Translations under genes and position numbers: made by a program
Part shown: in pieces, positions 60,209 through 64,000 of the stretch
Numbering within the stretch: the first letter of the stretch is position 1
Layout: every line of letters begins with the position of its first letter
Source: Oikopleura dioica
Taxonomy: Eukaryota; Animalia; Chordata
Assembly: GCA_907165135.1 (NCBI GenBank)
Contig: OU015568.1
Span: 6,200,001-6,264,000, forward strand
Length of the DNA: 64,000 nucleotides
Direction of reading: 5' to 3'
Notes under the pieces: generated by a model
Database searches by the model: none
The model's input: the letters and a program-made list of their open reading frames with translations, nothing else
Told to the model about the DNA's origin: nothing

Positions 60209-60577
60209 TTAACTGATATATAACTAAACTTCTCTTTTGTCCCTTCTTCTACATCGACCTTTCATTTTCCTATTCGAACAATTTTTAGTTCAAGTTCAAA
60301 AAATCTAAACAGATAATCTTTTTTCATGTGTGATTTTTCAAATACATCATCGGGCTACATCATTCAATTCAACTTCCAGCTCGATTTCTTCATGAATGAG
60401 GACATCGACTTGACCTTTCTTTTCGTATTCTTCAATTTGCTAACAGACAAAAGTGTGTTACTTTTGGGCGTGATTGTGGACTGACTTTTGACCTTGTTGA
60501 CTTTTTGAGCATATTTACTCAATCGATTTTTGCAGGAGCTTGAATTTTATTCATTTCGAACTTCAGGCAGAGAATTT

Positions 60578-61001
60578 ATGAGGAAGCTTGCAGCTATTGT
60601 CTCCCTTCTGGGAGTTTTTCTCCATTCTTTGATTTTCTTCGCGGTATGTTGAAATTTGAGCTTGAAAATGAGCTTGAGTAGGGTGAAAATGCGCCAGATT
60701 ACAGAACTCGCTCGATCATCGCCACTGTAGTTCGGAACAGCTACAGAGTTGCTAATAACCTCCGCCGATTCTGGTCCCTGGACATGGGACTTTGGTGGAT
60801 GCGCGAAATGACTCCTCCTCATAAAAACGCTCATTTCGACTCAGTAGAGGAGACGATTCAGCTGGAGAACTTTGAGATCTTTGTCTGGAGGCACAAAGAC
60901 CTCATGGACGCGCCAGATCAACCGGTTGTATTCTTCTTCCACGGCGGAGGATTTATGATCGGAGACATTCCACTTCATCGGCGTTTTTACTCGTCCATCG
61001 C
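60578..61001 (+). pseudogene. 5' part of an AADAC/NCEH1-like alpha/beta hydrolase, interrupted by an LTR element
   Basis: Signal anchor, in-phase intron, PVVFFFHGGGFMIG motif; the frame ends a few codons into the LTR (TGTTG at 61002). Confidence 0.75.
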
Positions 61002-61264
61002 TGTTGATTGAAGGGATCCTAGCTTCTGCTGAATCTCCCACTTCTAGCGTAGTTTGCCTGCTCTCTATATCTGGACGAAGGAAGAAAACGAGTAAAGTAT
61101 CTTTGACGTCTGTATTTCGAGCTGGAGTAAAATAGAGGTTAATTCACGAACTGCGAGAATTACCGAATGAAGAGAAATACACGGCGGCGACCGAGCAAAG
61201 CTCGATCTAGATAAGCAAGTGACCTTAGGGGACGAGGGAGTCTAACGAATCTAAGATCCCAATA
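61002..61264 (-). repeat. Putative 3' LTR (~263 bp)
   Basis: On the minus strand, a GGGGG PPT (61265-61269) is followed by TATTG ... CAACA. The second LTR is outside the window, so unconfirmed. Confidence 0.55.
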
Positions 61265-61569
61265 CCCCCATGAGACTGAAACGTCCTCTAAGGCCCAAGT
61301 GTGTGATTTTTGCAGGAGTATAAGCGTAAGATGAGTTACATGGCAGGTTCGAAACGTCGAGGCAGTCTGATTCGCGTTAAAAACCCTTTTGGGAAAAAGC
61401 TTGAATCAGATGCGAAGTTTTCGTGATGTCCGAGCGGTGATGACATGAAGGAGTAGCTGCACATGTAGAAGAACTCAAAATACGTCGGCGACGGTAAACT
61501 GTGATATTTTCCGTACCTTTTCAGGCCCCGGTCGATGAATAGGGGACCTGAGTGGGGCAGTACTTGCGC

Positions 61570-64000
61570 TTAGTCGTATGACTGACCCGAGTTTGTGCCG
61601 ATGTTAAGAGGTTCGACGGGCCTCGTTTCACGGTGTGCTCGTTTTGTATGTTTCGGGAGATGAGCTGCTCCAACTTCGGTTAAAGTCGCATTCGGATCGG
61701 CGCCGGCTGAGTACTGACGATCTGGTGAAGACTTTGGACGGGTTCTTTTCTTGCTGTTTTCAGTTGCTGAGTCCTCAACTACTGTTGAGTTATGTTTATC
61801 GACTGACATATGGCTATTATCGGGCGCAGCAACCTCCGAAATCACTGTAGCATCAGCTGACGTGTCCTCGGCAGTTTCATAGAGAGTACCACCAGAGTAC
61901 CAGCGATCTGACGGCTCGGCTGGAGCTACCGACGAGTCCAAAATAGATGTAGCGGTTGTATCTCCCAGATTTTCCATGTCCAATCGGCGTCTACTTTCCA
62001 AAATAGGTGATAGAGATGATCTTGGCGGTTTTTCCATAGCAACCATCGGAGTCGACGCGACCTGAGAAGATTTCCTCCCCCATGCGACTTCGACCCGGAC
62101 TTTTCCATCGGTTTGGAAGTAGGAACAGGCGATTTTTGTGGGACTTTCGACTTAACGATTTCGGTTAAATGTGGGAATACGTACTCGGCCTCGTAGTAAT
62201 CAATCCAGCGTAAGTCGTGATTTCGTTCTGCGGCGTGAACCACGTGTTCTCGATGGATGAAATCACGTTGTCCTTTCTTATCTTCGACCATGACGACCCA
62301 GTCGTTGCTCGAAACGGCTTTCAGGGGACCTACCCAGCGTTCCTTCTTGCTTTTAGCGTCGGTCAGGTTTTCTCGCTTAATGTACACGACAGCGCCAGCG
62401 GGATTGGTCTCGGCTTAGGCTCGTTTTTCAGCCTGTGCTCCATGGCTCGGTCAGCAGCCTCCATCGCAGTTTTCACAATGGCTTCCGCCGATTTCGCTAA
62501 AGCTCCAACATTGAGACCAAATACCTGAGGTGTTTCCGCTGTCATTTCTGCGCCAGTAGAGTGGGTGAAAGTACTTTTTCGGCCAAACCAAACTTCTCGC
62601 GGTGAAATTTTCGTGCTTTTGTTTTTCACACTATTGAGCGCGCGCATCACGTGGGGAACGCAGTCGGCCCAAGTTTTTCGACCGGAAGATGAGTTGACCA
62701 TGCAGAATAGACTGTTTTTGATAGTCCGATTCGCTCTTTCTGCGAAAGCGTTTGATTGAGGGTGAAATGCGGTACTTATTGTATGTTTTATCTGGTTAAG
62801 CTTACACATTTCGTCAATCACGCTTGCGCAGAAGTGGGTACCTCTGTCACTGTGTAGATGTTTCGGCAAGAAATCCATGGGAAGGAAGACCTTGTAGATG
62901 AGCGCTTTTGCGGCGCAGATAGCAGTGTCGGACCGTGTCGGAATGCACCAAGTGTAGCGAGAGAAAGTGTCCGCCACCACCAAATAATACTTGAATCCGC
63001 CAGCGGGAGGCATACAAGCGAAATCGATCTGAATCGATTCGCCAGCTGTTTTTCCACGACGAAGGGTTCCAAGTGGCGGTTTGGTACGAGTTCCAGCAGA
63101 TCCTTTTCTGCGTAGGCAAGGGACGCAGCTGTGGACGTAGTTAGAAACATCGTCTTGAAATGAAGGCCACCAAACGTCCTCTAATCGCTCTAAAGTCCGC
63201 GGCTCGCCCAGATGACCGGACAAGTCGTGAGCTAGAAAGAGAAAGTGACTTTTTACCGCTTCCGGTACCACCGCCCGCGCGCCAGATTTGAATTGACACA
63301 TCAAGCACCCGGTAGTGTTATCCAGGAACAGAGCTTTTTCCATCTTGAGTAGAGACGATTGTCGGTGGTCGGAGTCCTTCACCAGCGATTTTATGTCCAG
63401 TGGCTCCTTACCAGATTCCAGAAAAGTGATGATTGCACTCAGAGCAGAGTCCTCCCTTTGATAGTCCAGAATGTTATTATAATTCGCTGACACCAACGGA
63501 ATCTCCATTGGCGCCGCGATAGCCTTGACGTTTACCTTATGTATCTTCACCTCTGATAAAGTGATTTTCTCCGGAAACTGATTTTCGTTCCAGAAAGGGA
63601 CGAAGACACGTACTGGTGAATTCTTGTCGATTTCGTACTCGCGACCAACGGGAAACTCGGAGTCGTATCCAAGTGATTTGTCGTCCTCGCCAGGTCTGCG
63701 GCTCATAAAGTCGGCGAATTGATTTTCTGATCCCTTGATGTAGACAATGTGAAAATCGAATTCTTCCAATCGGCTTTGCCATCGGCTTATTTTAGAATTC
63801 TTGAACTTCTTTTGTGTAGGAAGATCAAAGATCGGTGGTCTGTGTGAATCTGAAAGAATCTACCTTTCAGGAGCTTTTCCAGTCGCTCGCAGCACCAGAC
63901 AATGCTAAACATTTCCTTTTCTGAAGTGTTCCATTTTCTTTCAGCTTTGTTGAAGGTGTGGGAAATCGCGCTTACTAGGTGCACTCTCCCGCCATACTCT
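61570..64000 (-). CDS. pol: pol (RNase H, integrase, long Ser/Thr-rich tail), split by three 1-nt frameshifts
   Basis: ORFs 63787-63984, 62363-63769, 61926-62387 and 61570-62046 join into one frame if one base is added to each of three homopolymers. Confidence 0.85.

Larger units (their letters stand above)
61002..64000 (-). mobile_element. Ty3/gypsy-type LTR retrotransposon (3' half; Tor-like by inference)
   Basis: RNase H (EKEMFSIVW, TDHRSL), integrase HHCC and DDE (IQIDF, HSDRGTHF, HPQSNAFAERANR), WVGP (GPY/F) module, PPT and LTR. Confidence 0.93.

Noticed and set aside
60300-60540. Short minus-strand coding-like stretch (QIEEYEKKGQVDVLIHEEIELEVELND)
   Set aside because: No consistent start, exon chain or homology could be built.
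61270-61570. env gene between pol and the LTR
   Set aside because: Only ~300 nt, with no ORF carrying a signal peptide or TM segment.

Overview
Compact eukaryotic genomic DNA, most consistent with the larvacean tunicate Oikopleura dioica or a close relative. This is an inference from 40-80 nt introns, several GA-AG introns, 40-140 nt head-to-tail gene spacing with trans-splice-like acceptors, and chordate-type gene content. About 30 genes were reconstructed by eye from spliced exons. Plus-strand run 1: METTL16, MGAT2, syndecan-like, ADHFE1, unknown, MRPS26-like, GULP/PTB, ninjurin-like, unknown, IST1 (with an antisense RING gene nested in an intron), GAL3ST-like. Middle: neurogenin, a RING/TRAF-zf gene, TRPC, an LRR gene, a coiled-coil gene, an SLC5 symporter and a cbEGF membrane protein. 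Plus-strand run 2: KYAT, a Raf-type kinase, (tRNA-Arg on the minus strand), LisH-ZnF, PCC1/LAGE3, VPS51, RASSF, ERP44, SNX20/21-like and an AADAC-like hydrolase cut by a Ty3/gypsy LTR retrotransposon at the right edge. The most unusual region is 36.7-39.4 kb, which the ORF track misses: a 79-aa secreted prepro-peptide gene, a ~290-bp foldback, and two paralogous Cys-rich single-pass microprotein genes. At least four unrelated families of palindromic MITE-like elements are present. Several frameshifts are single-base losses in homopolymers and are probably assembly errors. All identifications come from remembered motif similarity; no database search was run, and many gene ends are approximate.
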